DNA from: Candidatus Poribacteria bacterium
GTDB taxonomy: Bacteria > Poribacteria > WGA-4E > WGA-3G
Assembly (NCBI GenBank): GCA_965242965.1
Contig: OZ251518.1
Coordinates: 4,960,001 to 5,024,000 of the forward strand
Direction of reading: 5' to 3'
DNA length: 64,000 bases
Shown: piece by piece, positions 29,517-38,894 of the stretch
How positions within the stretch are numbered: position 1 is the first letter of the stretch
How the letters are laid out: every line of letters starts with the position of its first letter
Notes under the pieces: model-generated
Database searches by the model: none
Told to the model about the DNA's origin: nothing
The model's input: the letters and a program-made list of their open reading frames with translations, nothing else
Made by a program: the position numbers and the translations under genes

Positions 29517-30539
29517 TTGCTTTCGTATCTCATTCAACGTTTTCTCTCCATCGGTTTATCGCTGTTAGGCGTGTCGCTGCTCGTCTTCTTCATGGTGCAT
29601 CTCATTCCCGGCGATGCCGCGCTCGCCATTTTGGGGGAACGCGCCACGGAAGCATCACTCGCTGAACTCCGCCGGGAGATGGGGCTTGACAAACCGCTGT
29701 ATCAGCAATACGCGAAGTTCCTCTGGGACATCGCGCACCTTGACTTCGGCCGTTCGTTCAAAACGAAGCAGCCTGTTATAGAGGAGATTCAACGCTATTT
29801 CCCGGCAACGGTGGAATTAACCTTCGCCGCGATGGCGTTTTCAATCCTGTTCGGCATCAGTGCAGGCATCGTCGCCGCCATCTATCGCGGCAAGTTTTTG
29901 GACTACTTCTCCATGTCTATCTCGCTCGCGGGCATCTCGATGCCGATTTTTTGGCTCGGGCTGATGCTGATTTTGCTTTTTTCGCATGTCTGGCCCATCC
30001 TGCCGAGCACGCAACGTCTGGATGCCATACTCGATTTGGACATTGAACACCGCACCGGTTTCTACCTCATCGATACGCTCCTCATGGGGAATTTCGCCGC
30101 CTTTCGGAACGCCATCGCGCACCTCATCCTGCCAGCGATTACCTTAGGCACGATTCCACTCGCCATCATCGCACGGATGACCCGGGCCAGTCTGCTGGAT
30201 GTGCTGAATCAACCTTATATTACCACGGCGTATGCGAAAGGCTTGTCGCGCTGGAAGGTCATCGGCAAACACGCGATGAAAAATAGCATGGTGCCGGTGC
30301 TGACTATCATCGGATTGGAATTCGGGTATCTGATGGGCGGCGCGATTTTGACGGAATATATTTTCTCTTGGCCCGGGCTCGGTTCGTGGCTGCGCGATGC
30401 AGTCGAGGCTCGCGACATTCGTCCCATCCAAGGCGGCGTGCTTTTCGTCGCGACGATTTTCATGTTGGTGAACCTTTGCGTCGATCTCCTCTACGCCTAC
30501 TTCGATCCGCGCATCCGAATCGGAGGTGAAACGACATGA
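29517..30539 (+). CDS. dppB: Peptide ABC transporter permease, DppB/OppB family
   Basis: IPGD, GLDKPLYQQY, YITTAYAKGL, FSWPGLG, YFDPRI. Confidence 0.9.
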   Translation: MLSYLIQRFLSIGLSLLGVSLLVFFMVHLIPGDAALAILGERATEASLAELRREMGLDKPLYQQYAKFLWDIAHLDFGRSFKTKQPVIEEIQRYFPATVELTFAAMAFSILFGISAGIVAAIYRGKFLDYFSMSISLAGISMPIFWLGLMLILLFSHVWPILPSTQRLDAILDLDIEHRTGFYLIDTLLMGNFAAFRNAIAHLILPAITLGTIPLAIIARMTRASLLDVLNQPYITTAYAKGLSRWKVIGKHAMKNSMVPVLTIIGLEFGYLMGGAILTEYIFSWPGLGSWLRDAVEARDIRPIQGGVLFVATIFMLVNLCVDLLYAYFDPRIRIGGETT

Positions 30540-31402
30540 AGCACGAAACAGCCGCCAACAGCCACCTCTCGCGTTTTCGGAAAGCACGCTTGCGAGCGGC
30601 GCGCTATCCCTCTGCTATCATCGGTTTATCAATTATCCTGTTTTTCGTGAGTGTCGCCATTTTTGCGCCGCTGATTGCAACGCACGACCCGAGGCAAGCG
30701 AACGTCGTTGAACGTCTACAAGGCAGTTCCGCTGAACACTATCTCGGCACCGATGGCGTTGGACGAGATCTGTTCAGCCGGATTGTCCACGGCACGAGAA
30801 TTTCTCTCAAGGTGGGCTTTATGGCGACAGCATTTTCGCTAGGGTTCGGCACCTTTTTCGGGGCGATTGCCGGCTATTACGGGGGTTGGTGGGACAACGT
30901 TATCATGCGCGCGATGGACATTATGCTTGTGATGCCAAGCATCCTGCTCGCCATGGTAATCGTGACGATTTTAGGACAGAGCCTCACCAATGCGATTATT
31001 GCGGTTTCCATCGTCTATATCCCGCAGTATGCACGCATCCTCCGCGCCTCTGTGCTGAAAGTGCGGCAATTGGATTACGTCATGGCCGCCAAAGTCATCG
31101 GTGCTAGCGATTTTCGGATTTTGACACGGACGGTCCTACCGAATTGCATCGCGCCCTTGATTGTGCAGGCGACGCTCGGTATCGGTGCCGCCATTTTAGA
31201 TGCCGCGGGCCTGAGTTTCCTCGGGCTCGGCGCGGAAATCGGGGAACCAGAGTGGGGCGCGATGCTCAACGAAAACCGAAACTTCATTCGGCGCGCGCCG
31301 CTGACAGTGACTGCTCCCGGCCTGGCGATTTTCTTTATTGTGTTAGCGTTTAATCTGCTCGGCGATGCGCTGCGTGATGCGTTGGATCCGCAGATAGACT
31401 GA
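30536..31402 (+). CDS. dppC: Peptide ABC transporter permease, DppC/OppC family
   Basis: HYLGTDGVGRDLFSR, LSFLGLG, FNLLGDALRDALDP. Confidence 0.92.
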   Translation: MKHETAANSHLSRFRKARLRAARYPSAIIGLSIILFFVSVAIFAPLIATHDPRQANVVERLQGSSAEHYLGTDGVGRDLFSRIVHGTRISLKVGFMATAFSLGFGTFFGAIAGYYGGWWDNVIMRAMDIMLVMPSILLAMVIVTILGQSLTNAIIAVSIVYIPQYARILRASVLKVRQLDYVMAAKVIGASDFRILTRTVLPNCIAPLIVQATLGIGAAILDAAGLSFLGLGAEIGEPEWGAMLNENRNFIRRAPLTVTAPGLAIFFIVLAFNLLGDALRDALDPQID

Positions 31403-31440
31403 CCTGTCTCGATGCGTGCGGTATCGGGCACCGAATAACA

Positions 31441-34185
31441 TCACTCCGCCTGCTCCACAACGCGAATCTCCTCCTCGCTGAGCCCATACAACGCGTAAAC
31501 GTGCCTGTCAATCTCCCATTCAAGTTCAGCAGTATCCTCTCCTTTCGCCGAGAGAATTTTGTCAACGAGTGCCACAATCGGCCGCTGCGCCGCTTCCGCC
31601 GGGACAACCACAGGCAGCTTCCTGACAACAGCAACCTTCACCTGTGCCTGACTTTTTCCGGACTCTTGCGAAACAAAATGGTAGACAAAGTTCAACAGTC
31701 GGCTATTGAACAACGCCAAAAAATACTTGAGGTTCACGCTTGGCGATTTCGGGAGGATGGTATGGAGCGTGTTATCCGTGTAAAAACGCCCCAATTCCGC
31801 CTCGCTGTGATATGCGACAATCAAATCGTCGTCCGTTTGCCGCATGAGGAGCCGCTCAGGTTGATGATGATTTTCAACGGCCCCGCCGAAACCCCAGTGC
31901 TCGTTTCGTCGGCTCGGTTTGCCGCCGCGGCCAATGCCGGGAATCGGCAAAGGTTCATAGTCAATGTCGCAGAACCGATACTTCGCCTTCGGCGAATCCC
32001 ATTGCACAGAAAATCGTTGAATCTGCCGTCCTTGTAATAGGCGATGTCTGTGCCCATTGTCTTCCTTAAAGAAGAGTTTTCTCCTCACGTTGCCGGAATG
32101 AATGCCAGTGTCCAAAACGCGACAAAACTTCTCCATTTTTTCAAACGAAAGGAGCCGCGTCATCAACCCGTCCTCTTTTGCTAATAGGAACTTCCTGTCA
32201 GGCATTTGATGAATTGTCGCGTATGCGACTTCGTCGTTTTGCCGATAGTGGAAATCAGGGAAGTCAATTTCACCGCTCATATAGGCGTGCGAAGCGGCGG
32301 CTTTCTGTTTGGATAGGATAAAAATCGCCGTATAAACAGCTGCACCGAACGTTTCGGCGGGTGCCTTGACAAGATGAAGGAGTTGGTTCTCCAAAAATAG
32401 GGCTCTGATTCGCCGTTTTGTGGAAAACGCGACATAACTATCGTTAGCAATATATGCGAGAATCCCGTTTTCCGCGACGCGCTTGAACCCGGCAAAGATA
32501 AAGTAGTCGCATAAATCGCCTGCCCACCCGTAGTGCTGTTTCAGTTGTGCGCGCAGCGTAGGACCCAGATGCTCACCTTTCGCATACGGCGGGTTGCCGA
32601 TAACGATGTCAAACTTGGGGAGCGTTGTCATGCCGAGAAGTGTGTCCGCGCAGAAAAATTTTGAATCCAAATCAGGCAAGGCATCCCCCTCATCGGCGAT
32701 GAGAGAGAGAGAAAGCCGAAACTTGGCAATCTCTATCGCCATGGGTTGGATGTCAACGCCGTAGATGCAATTTTTGATGAGATAGAATTTTCGGTTGTAG
32801 TCGGGAGTATTTTTCTCAAACGCTTCTTCAGGTTCCGCTTGCAACTGCCCCCACTGCGTATTGTGAAAATCGAGTTTGCGGAGGAGGAAGACGAGTTTAT
32901 GCAAAATACCCATCAGGAAAGCACCGGTGCCGCAGGCTGGCTCAAGAATTTTGAGCGAGGCGATTCTCTGAACCAACAGTGTTGCTTCCGTTTCGGTGAA
33001 CTGATGCTGTTCATCGTTGTCTGCAAACAGGTGGCGGAGTTTAGTCTCTACGTCAGGCTCTTCTCTCAACGTTTCCTTGAGACAGGCGATGAGCGATGCC
33101 TCTACCATGAAATTGACAATCTCGCGAGGTGTATAGAACGCCCCGGTCTGCTTGCGCGCAGTTGTCGGGGTTTCACTCTTATCAACGGCGAGTAAGTTTT
33201 CAAAAACTTTACCGAGCACCTCCGCATCAAGCGCGACTTCCTCTTCAATCAGCGTATTCTCTGCAATTGTGAATTTGTAGCGGTTGAGGATTTTGTCGAG
33301 TTCTTTTTGCGCCTGGTAGACACAGGACTCACTTTCAATGTGAAGGCGAAGTCTGTCTAACCCCTTTTCATCACAACGTGCCCCTTTTTCCTTCAGAAAT
33401 CGGGCTATAATCAGCCAGACGATGTGCGCTGCATCAGCCGGAAACCGCACCTGTTCCACCGCCCAGAAATACCAATCGGCAATCTCATTGTAGAAGCGTT
33501 TGTTGAGGATGGAGATATCCAGCGTTTTTTGCCACGCCTGATGCAACTCCAAGAAATTGCTGAACTTGTGTTCGCTATGGAGGGGAGCAACGGATAACTC
33601 CGCCAAGATTTCAACGTGTGCCCGATGCGGGGAAACAACATCAATATCCTTGATGAGACTCACCTTCTCAAGGACATAGCGTTCCCTCTCGCGCCGATTC
33701 GGTCTTCGGTGAATAATCGCGAAGGTAAGGGAGTGCCCGTGCTGAAAAATGAGCAGTGCTGGCATGGCGAACACTTTGTTAATTTCGCGCGTGATGTTCG
33801 CCAGCGCGGCGCGGCTATAATCCTTCCCACGCAACTTCACGGCGAGGAAAAGATAAGACTGATAGATGCTCGCGTCAAAGAGCTCCTCGGTACCGAAGTT
33901 GGTATCCTGTCCTATTCCTTTGATGATTTCGTCATCGGTAATCTGGAAAAGGAAATCGACGGTGTTCCATTCATGGAGTAGTGCTTTTTCAGGGTTCAGC
34001 TGCCCGTAGTTATTGAACATCTCCATAAACCGCTCGGCGGTATTCGGTTCAATTTTGAGGGTTCTGCCGCTTCTATACCCCAATACACGGAGAAGAGCTT
34101 GAGTGTTTTCTGCGAGGTTACCGGCAGTGAAACGGCTGAGCGCGCACCGAATATCGTGTTGATGCTGTGTATCGTTCATATTCAC
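31441..34185 (-). CDS. Eco57I-like (type IIG-related) N6-adenine methyltransferase with TaqI-like C-terminal specificity domain
   Basis: RKQTGAFYTPREIV, EPACGTGAFL, DIVIGNPPY, LALFNSRLLNF, EIDRHVYALYGLSEEEI. Confidence 0.85.
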   Translation of the reverse strand: MNMNDTQHQHDIRCALSRFTAGNLAENTQALLRVLGYRSGRTLKIEPNTAERFMEMFNNYGQLNPEKALLHEWNTVDFLFQITDDEIIKGIGQDTNFGTEELFDASIYQSYLFLAVKLRGKDYSRAALANITREINKVFAMPALLIFQHGHSLTFAIIHRRPNRRERERYVLEKVSLIKDIDVVSPHRAHVEILAELSVAPLHSEHKFSNFLELHQAWQKTLDISILNKRFYNEIADWYFWAVEQVRFPADAAHIVWLIIARFLKEKGARCDEKGLDRLRLHIESESCVYQAQKELDKILNRYKFTIAENTLIEEEVALDAEVLGKVFENLLAVDKSETPTTARKQTGAFYTPREIVNFMVEASLIACLKETLREEPDVETKLRHLFADNDEQHQFTETEATLLVQRIASLKILEPACGTGAFLMGILHKLVFLLRKLDFHNTQWGQLQAEPEEAFEKNTPDYNRKFYLIKNCIYGVDIQPMAIEIAKFRLSLSLIADEGDALPDLDSKFFCADTLLGMTTLPKFDIVIGNPPYAKGEHLGPTLRAQLKQHYGWAGDLCDYFIFAGFKRVAENGILAYIANDSYVAFSTKRRIRALFLENQLLHLVKAPAETFGAAVYTAIFILSKQKAAASHAYMSGEIDFPDFHYRQNDEVAYATIHQMPDRKFLLAKEDGLMTRLLSFEKMEKFCRVLDTGIHSGNVRRKLFFKEDNGHRHRLLQGRQIQRFSVQWDSPKAKYRFCDIDYEPLPIPGIGRGGKPSRRNEHWGFGGAVENHHQPERLLMRQTDDDLIVAYHSEAELGRFYTDNTLHTILPKSPSVNLKYFLALFNSRLLNFVYHFVSQESGKSQAQVKVAVVRKLPVVVPAEAAQRPIVALVDKILSAKGEDTAELEWEIDRHVYALYGLSEEEIRVVEQAE

Positions 34186-34457
34186 TCCTCCTGGGTTTCT
34201 GTTGGGTGCTCATCAGCAGTTTGACTCAAGCGCGAGTGATGCATTGCCCAATAGATGCCTGCCGTTATCACGCCGCCAACGAGGGTGGCCAGGAACCACA
34301 TCTCGGGTCCCACAAAAATCGTGGAACGTCCGGCGGCGAATTTGTCTGCATCCTTATAGACTACCCATGCAAAGATGATATGCACGATAATCTTCAAAAC
34401 TCCAAGAACAATGCTCGGCAGCATAAAAATAGTCACGTTGACAAAACTCAAGTCCAT
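34182..34457 (-). CDS. Small membrane protein
   Basis: GGAG RBS; two hydrophobic helices; WVYKDA motif. Confidence 0.7.
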   Translation of the reverse strand: MDLSFVNVTIFMLPSIVLGVLKIIVHIIFAWVVYKDADKFAAGRSTIFVGPEMWFLATLVGGVITAGIYWAMHHSRLSQTADEHPTETQEE

Positions 34458-34497
34458 TTTGCTCCTCCGTCTTGTATCAGCGCGCCTACCCGATTTT

Positions 34498-35538
34498 TCA
34501 AACGACAACACCAATCTGCTCTCGCCACGTATCTAGGAGTTGCATGTTACCGAGTGTGTCATCCCACGACATCGCCGGTGCCTGCCTCGCCGCGATATGG
34601 TTCGCCACCATCTCCGCTTCGTAGGTAAAGAGATCTTTGTCAACAGGGACAAATCTTTCGTAAGCGGTTCCTGTCGGGTGGATATCGACGTAGAAACTGG
34701 CGGTTGGGAATTCCGTATCGGGCGGCAACGGTTGTTTCGCTTGGCGGCAAGCGGATGAAGGTAGCCACGGTTGCGGAATCGTTATCGTGCCTTCCGAACC
34801 ATAGAGCGTCACAGTACTGCCGACGCGGCATTCTACCGCACAAAATATCTCACCGATGATGCCGTTATCAAACTTCAGCGTCGCCGATGCGATGCCATCT
34901 ACACTCGTGGTTGTCAATTTCCCGTTCGCTTTCACCGAAACCGGGTTCAGAAACTGTCTATTATCAGCAGCACCCGCCATTTTCCGCACCATGGAGGCGG
35001 TGTAACATCCCAGGTCGAGAATACCGCCGCCGCCCATCTTACGGTTGAAAATTCGGCTGTCGGGATTGAAATTCACCCGGTGACTGAACGTCGCGCGAAC
35101 GACGAGGAGTTCGCCGATTTCCCCCTCCTGTATCATCTGCACCACCGTTTCGATTTGCGGGTGGCACCGATACATAAACGCCTCCATCAGAAACACATCG
35201 TTCGCGCGTGCGGCTTCTACCATCGCAGATGCCTCCGCGTGGTTCATGCTGATAGGTTTTTCTACCAAGATGTGCTTTTTCGCTTCTGCCGCCTTGATTG
35301 CCCACTCGGCGTGAAGCGGATGAATCGTTGAGATATAGACGACATCGACATCCTCGTCCGCCAAGAGTGCCTCGTAACTGTCGTATTGCCGGGGGATATT
35401 GAAATCGCTGGCAAGTTTTTCTCTGCGTGCCGGCGTGCGGCTGGCGACAGCGAAAATCTGTCCCGTGTCCGTAAAACGCATGCCGTTGCAGAACACGTAG
35501 GCGATGCCGCCTGCACCTATGATTCCCCAGTTTAACAT
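34498..35538 (-). CDS. Gfo/Idh/MocA family oxidoreductase
   Basis: WGIIGAGGIA, KHILVEKP, GGGILDLGCY. Confidence 0.92.
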   Translation of the reverse strand: MLNWGIIGAGGIAYVFCNGMRFTDTGQIFAVASRTPARREKLASDFNIPRQYDSYEALLADEDVDVVYISTIHPLHAEWAIKAAEAKKHILVEKPISMNHAEASAMVEAARANDVFLMEAFMYRCHPQIETVVQMIQEGEIGELLVVRATFSHRVNFNPDSRIFNRKMGGGGILDLGCYTASMVRKMAGAADNRQFLNPVSVKANGKLTTTSVDGIASATLKFDNGIIGEIFCAVECRVGSTVTLYGSEGTITIPQPWLPSSACRQAKQPLPPDTEFPTASFYVDIHPTGTAYERFVPVDKDLFTYEAEMVANHIAARQAPAMSWDDTLGNMQLLDTWREQIGVVV

Positions 35539-35721
35539 GGGTTGTTTCCTCCTTTGTGGTTTTTTAGGGTGATTGTGTTGGCGAGGGACAGGCCCTCGCC
35601 CTACGTTAAGAGGGGTCGTTCTGGATACCGTAGTGCGGGGGCCTGTCCCCCGCGATCTCTGGTGATATCCAACATTGGGGAGGGACAGGCCCTCGCCCTA
35701 CGGTATCGTTGCGCAGCGGTA

Positions 35722-36918
35722 TCATCGCGATGCTGCCGCTGCGCGCTGACTTGCAAGCGGATGCATGATACCCGCACCGGCGGGCCAACCCCCCGGTTCC
35801 GCCTTAATCCATTCGCATAACTTTTGTGCGTATGGAGTTAAAGTCTCCCAAATCTCGTGCGGCATCACTTTGCTAAAGCCGTGTGGTGTGCGCCACGGGG
35901 CGGCATACTCAACGTTCGGCAATGCCCGGATCTCCCTTGACAAATTCGGGGTTGCACCGTGCCATGCGCGGTTATCTCGGAATACGCCGGAGCCCGCGGT
36001 TGCACCGACGAGCGTGGAATGCCGCATCCAGTCAGGCTCATCACCGGGCGGCGGCGGAGCCTGTTGCAACGTATGCGTCCCCGGAATCTGCCGAATCGGC
36101 CCGTTTTCCCACGTCAGATCGCACATAACAAAATTGATAGTCACCGTCGGCGGTGTCATCTCCATAATCAACTTTTGTGTCGGCACGTCAAGATTTCCCT
36201 CGCTGTCCCTTTCTAACTTTACACCGACGCGTTCTGCCTGAGCAATCCGCGATTCCGTGAGATGCTGCGGGTCGCGGCCATCAGGATGCAGGTGTTGATA
36301 CTCAATAGCACCGGGAAGACAGAGGTCTCCGCCGGAACCCCAAACGTGATAATCAGCCGAGCCAAAGATTTCAGTGACGATAGGGGTTGTCGTCGGCAGA
36401 TCAATCATGCTTGCCCAAGCCGAGTCGTGTAGCATCTGCCGTGATGCAGAGGAGGTGCCGTAACTATAACGGTGCGGCAAGCGTCCCGTCTCGGTGACAT
36501 ATTTTCGGTTGCCGCGTCCCGGAATCGAGAGAATATCCCGGAGCACGCGGGCGCATCCTTCGCGCCACTGTGCGAGTTGCGCCGAATTCAGCAGATCTCG
36601 CACGACAACGAACCCATCCCGATGGAAGATGCGCGCGGCGCGCTTGACTTCGTGCGGCTCACAGATTTCAAGCCCACGGATGCCGTTGTGCTCCTGCAAA
36701 TGCGCGCGGAGTGCCTGAACACCCGGGTCATCGTAAACCCGATGGCTCGGCGAACTCGGGTCTGCCACGCCGAACCCGCGGTGACTCGGAAAGACGTTGC
36801 CCTCTGCATCTACCGTCTCATTCGGCGGCGTATTCTCGTCCCATCCGACAAGCGTTTCGCCGAAAACCTGCATGCTTTCCAGTTCAGCGAGAATCTCTTT
36901 TCGATTGATGTCCTTCAT
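35722..36918 (-). CDS. Phytanoyl-CoA dioxygenase (PhyH) family protein
   Basis: FHRDGFVVV, HxD (HPD), NGP..IPGTH, distal WHG. Confidence 0.85.
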   Translation of the reverse strand: MKDINRKEILAELESMQVFGETLVGWDENTPPNETVDAEGNVFPSHRGFGVADPSSPSHRVYDDPGVQALRAHLQEHNGIRGLEICEPHEVKRAARIFHRDGFVVVRDLLNSAQLAQWREGCARVLRDILSIPGRGNRKYVTETGRLPHRYSYGTSSASRQMLHDSAWASMIDLPTTTPIVTEIFGSADYHVWGSGGDLCLPGAIEYQHLHPDGRDPQHLTESRIAQAERVGVKLERDSEGNLDVPTQKLIMEMTPPTVTINFVMCDLTWENGPIRQIPGTHTLQQAPPPPGDEPDWMRHSTLVGATAGSGVFRDNRAWHGATPNLSREIRALPNVEYAAPWRTPHGFSKVMPHEIWETLTPYAQKLCEWIKAEPGGWPAGAGIMHPLASQRAAAASR

Positions 36919-36964
36919 AACGCGTCCCTCCTTAGGCGAGAAAAATCATTTGATGGCAATTTCT

Positions 36965-37425
36965 AGCGCGCCCTCCCGGTCTTGATGCAAGCGATGTTCC
37001 CGTAGGCGAGACCTCCTGGTCTCGATGCTTCCAGACTGTAGTTCGGGATCGCCCGATCCCGAACGGATCAGGATCAGGCGATCCTGATCTACAGGGGGAA
37101 TGCAGTCTGACAGCAAGACGCTTGGCGAGGGAAACCCGCTCGCCTGCGCGTGTGAAAACCTGCGAGGGACAGGCCCTCGCCCTACGGGGAAGGGGGCCGT
37201 TTTTTCGGCTAAGAACCCTCCCAGTACCGTAGCGCGGGGGCCTGTCCCCCGCGAATGTCCGATAGACCGAAGCACGGCGAGGGACAGGCCCTCGCCCTAC
37301 GAGGAAGGGGGGCCGTTTTTCGACCAAGAACCCCTCCTGTTGCCGTAGCGCGGGGGCCCTCGGATGCCACACGCGCATCCGAGCGGGTTTCCCCCGCGAC
37401 GTTGAGCCACTTATGAAACACCCTC
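36965..37425. repeat. REP cluster with one TIR end (37413-37425)
   Basis: Multiple REP families, ending ATGAAACACCCTC. Confidence 0.85.
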
Positions 37426-37430
37426 ACTTA

Positions 37431-37459
37431 ATTCTAACAGCTCCCTCTTTTTTTTGCAA
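37431..37459 (-). promoter_or_regulatory. Putative promoter for phyH
   Basis: TTGCAA-17-TAGAAT with extended TG. Confidence 0.55.
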
Positions 37460-37668
37460 CAATTTTTCCCTTGAAAAATTAATCACAATCTGTTATCATA
37501 AACACTTTAGAGGGTAAGCGAATCAGGAATCCACCTCCTCTGCATCTTTTGTAACTTTTTCGTCCATACCGGCGTTTAAAAAGACAGACGAGGCGAACCT
37601 CTTTGCGCGATGCAAGAGGATTTGCCTAACAACATCCGAATTGAAAACCACGAGGGTCCTGACAAAAT

Positions 37669-38847
37669 ATGCGCATATTACACACCGCCGATTGGCACAT
37701 CGGGCAGCGGCTCTATGAACGGCGGCGGATCGACGAACACAAACAATTTTTAGAGTGGCTTCTCAAAACGATTAAATGCGAGAAGGTGGAACTTCTGCTC
37801 GTTTCGGGAGACATCTTTGACACGTCGCTTCCTTCTGGGGGTGCCGTGAGGCTCTATTACGAGTTTCTCCACCGGTTTTCCGAAGAGACGGAGGCGTATG
37901 CGGTAATTACCGCGGGCAACCACGATTCGCCGCTACACCTGGCTGCTCCGAAAGAGCTTCTCAAGAGATTGAGAATTTGCGTCGTTGGGCACACCGCTAA
38001 TGCAGATGAGTGCATCTTCAAATTTCCCTCACTGGACAACCCGCGCGTTGCTGTCGCAGCCGTGCCGTATCTTTCCGCAAACGAGTTGTCGCGCATCTCG
38101 TTTGAAACCGAAGTGAAGAAAGCCAGCTATCGCGAGCAACTGAAAAAGTTCTATCAGCAGTGCGTTGACGCGATGCCGGCGGAACTCCCGAAGATTTTGA
38201 TGGGACACCTCTTCGTCCAAGGAGGTGAAGAGATTGGTTCGGAACGCCACATCCAGATCGGCGGAGCCACCGCTATCCATGTCACCGATTTTCCTAAAGG
38301 CGTGGATTACGTTGCCTTAGGGCATTTGCATCGGCCGCAGGAGATTAGCGGTGCGAGTTATCCTGTCCGCTATTCCGGCTCGCCGCTGCCGTTGCGATTT
38401 GACGAAGCCACTTATCGCAAGAAGGTCTGTTTGTTAGAGGTTTCCGGTGACGGTAATTCTCCTTCCGTGGAAGAGATTGAGATTCCTGTCTTCAGGGAGC
38501 TCTGCACCGTGAAGGGAGATCTCAACACGGTTTTGAAACGGGCTCGGGAAGAGGATTGGGAGGGAAAGTTTATCCGGGTCGAACTGACATTTGATACGCA
38601 CGAAATCGCCACCAGATACATGATTCAAGACGAGTTTCAACAACGCGGAGGCCATGTGCTGGATGTGTTGCGGGTTGAACGGGAATCCAATGGCAATGGG
38701 TCAAAAAACGGAGATCTGCCTTCTTTAGAGGAGCCCCTTGCGATCTTTAAGCAGTTCTATATGGAAAAATTTAGCACAGAACCTGATGATCGGCTCATAC
38801 AGACGTTCGTTGAACTATGGGAGTCGGTGAAGAATAATCAGTCCTAA
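37669..38847 (+). CDS. sbcD: SbcD nuclease subunit
   Basis: HTADWHIG, GDIFD, GNHD, ALGHLH, YSGSPL. Confidence 0.95.
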   Translation: MRILHTADWHIGQRLYERRRIDEHKQFLEWLLKTIKCEKVELLLVSGDIFDTSLPSGGAVRLYYEFLHRFSEETEAYAVITAGNHDSPLHLAAPKELLKRLRICVVGHTANADECIFKFPSLDNPRVAVAAVPYLSANELSRISFETEVKKASYREQLKKFYQQCVDAMPAELPKILMGHLFVQGGEEIGSERHIQIGGATAIHVTDFPKGVDYVALGHLHRPQEISGASYPVRYSGSPLPLRFDEATYRKKVCLLEVSGDGNSPSVEEIEIPVFRELCTVKGDLNTVLKRAREEDWEGKFIRVELTFDTHEIATRYMIQDEFQQRGGHVLDVLRVERESNGNGSKNGDLPSLEEPLAIFKQFYMEKFSTEPDDRLIQTFVELWESVKNNQS

Positions 38848-38894
38848 GGACGGATCACCGTATACGTCTATGCGATTTCATACGGAGACATCTG

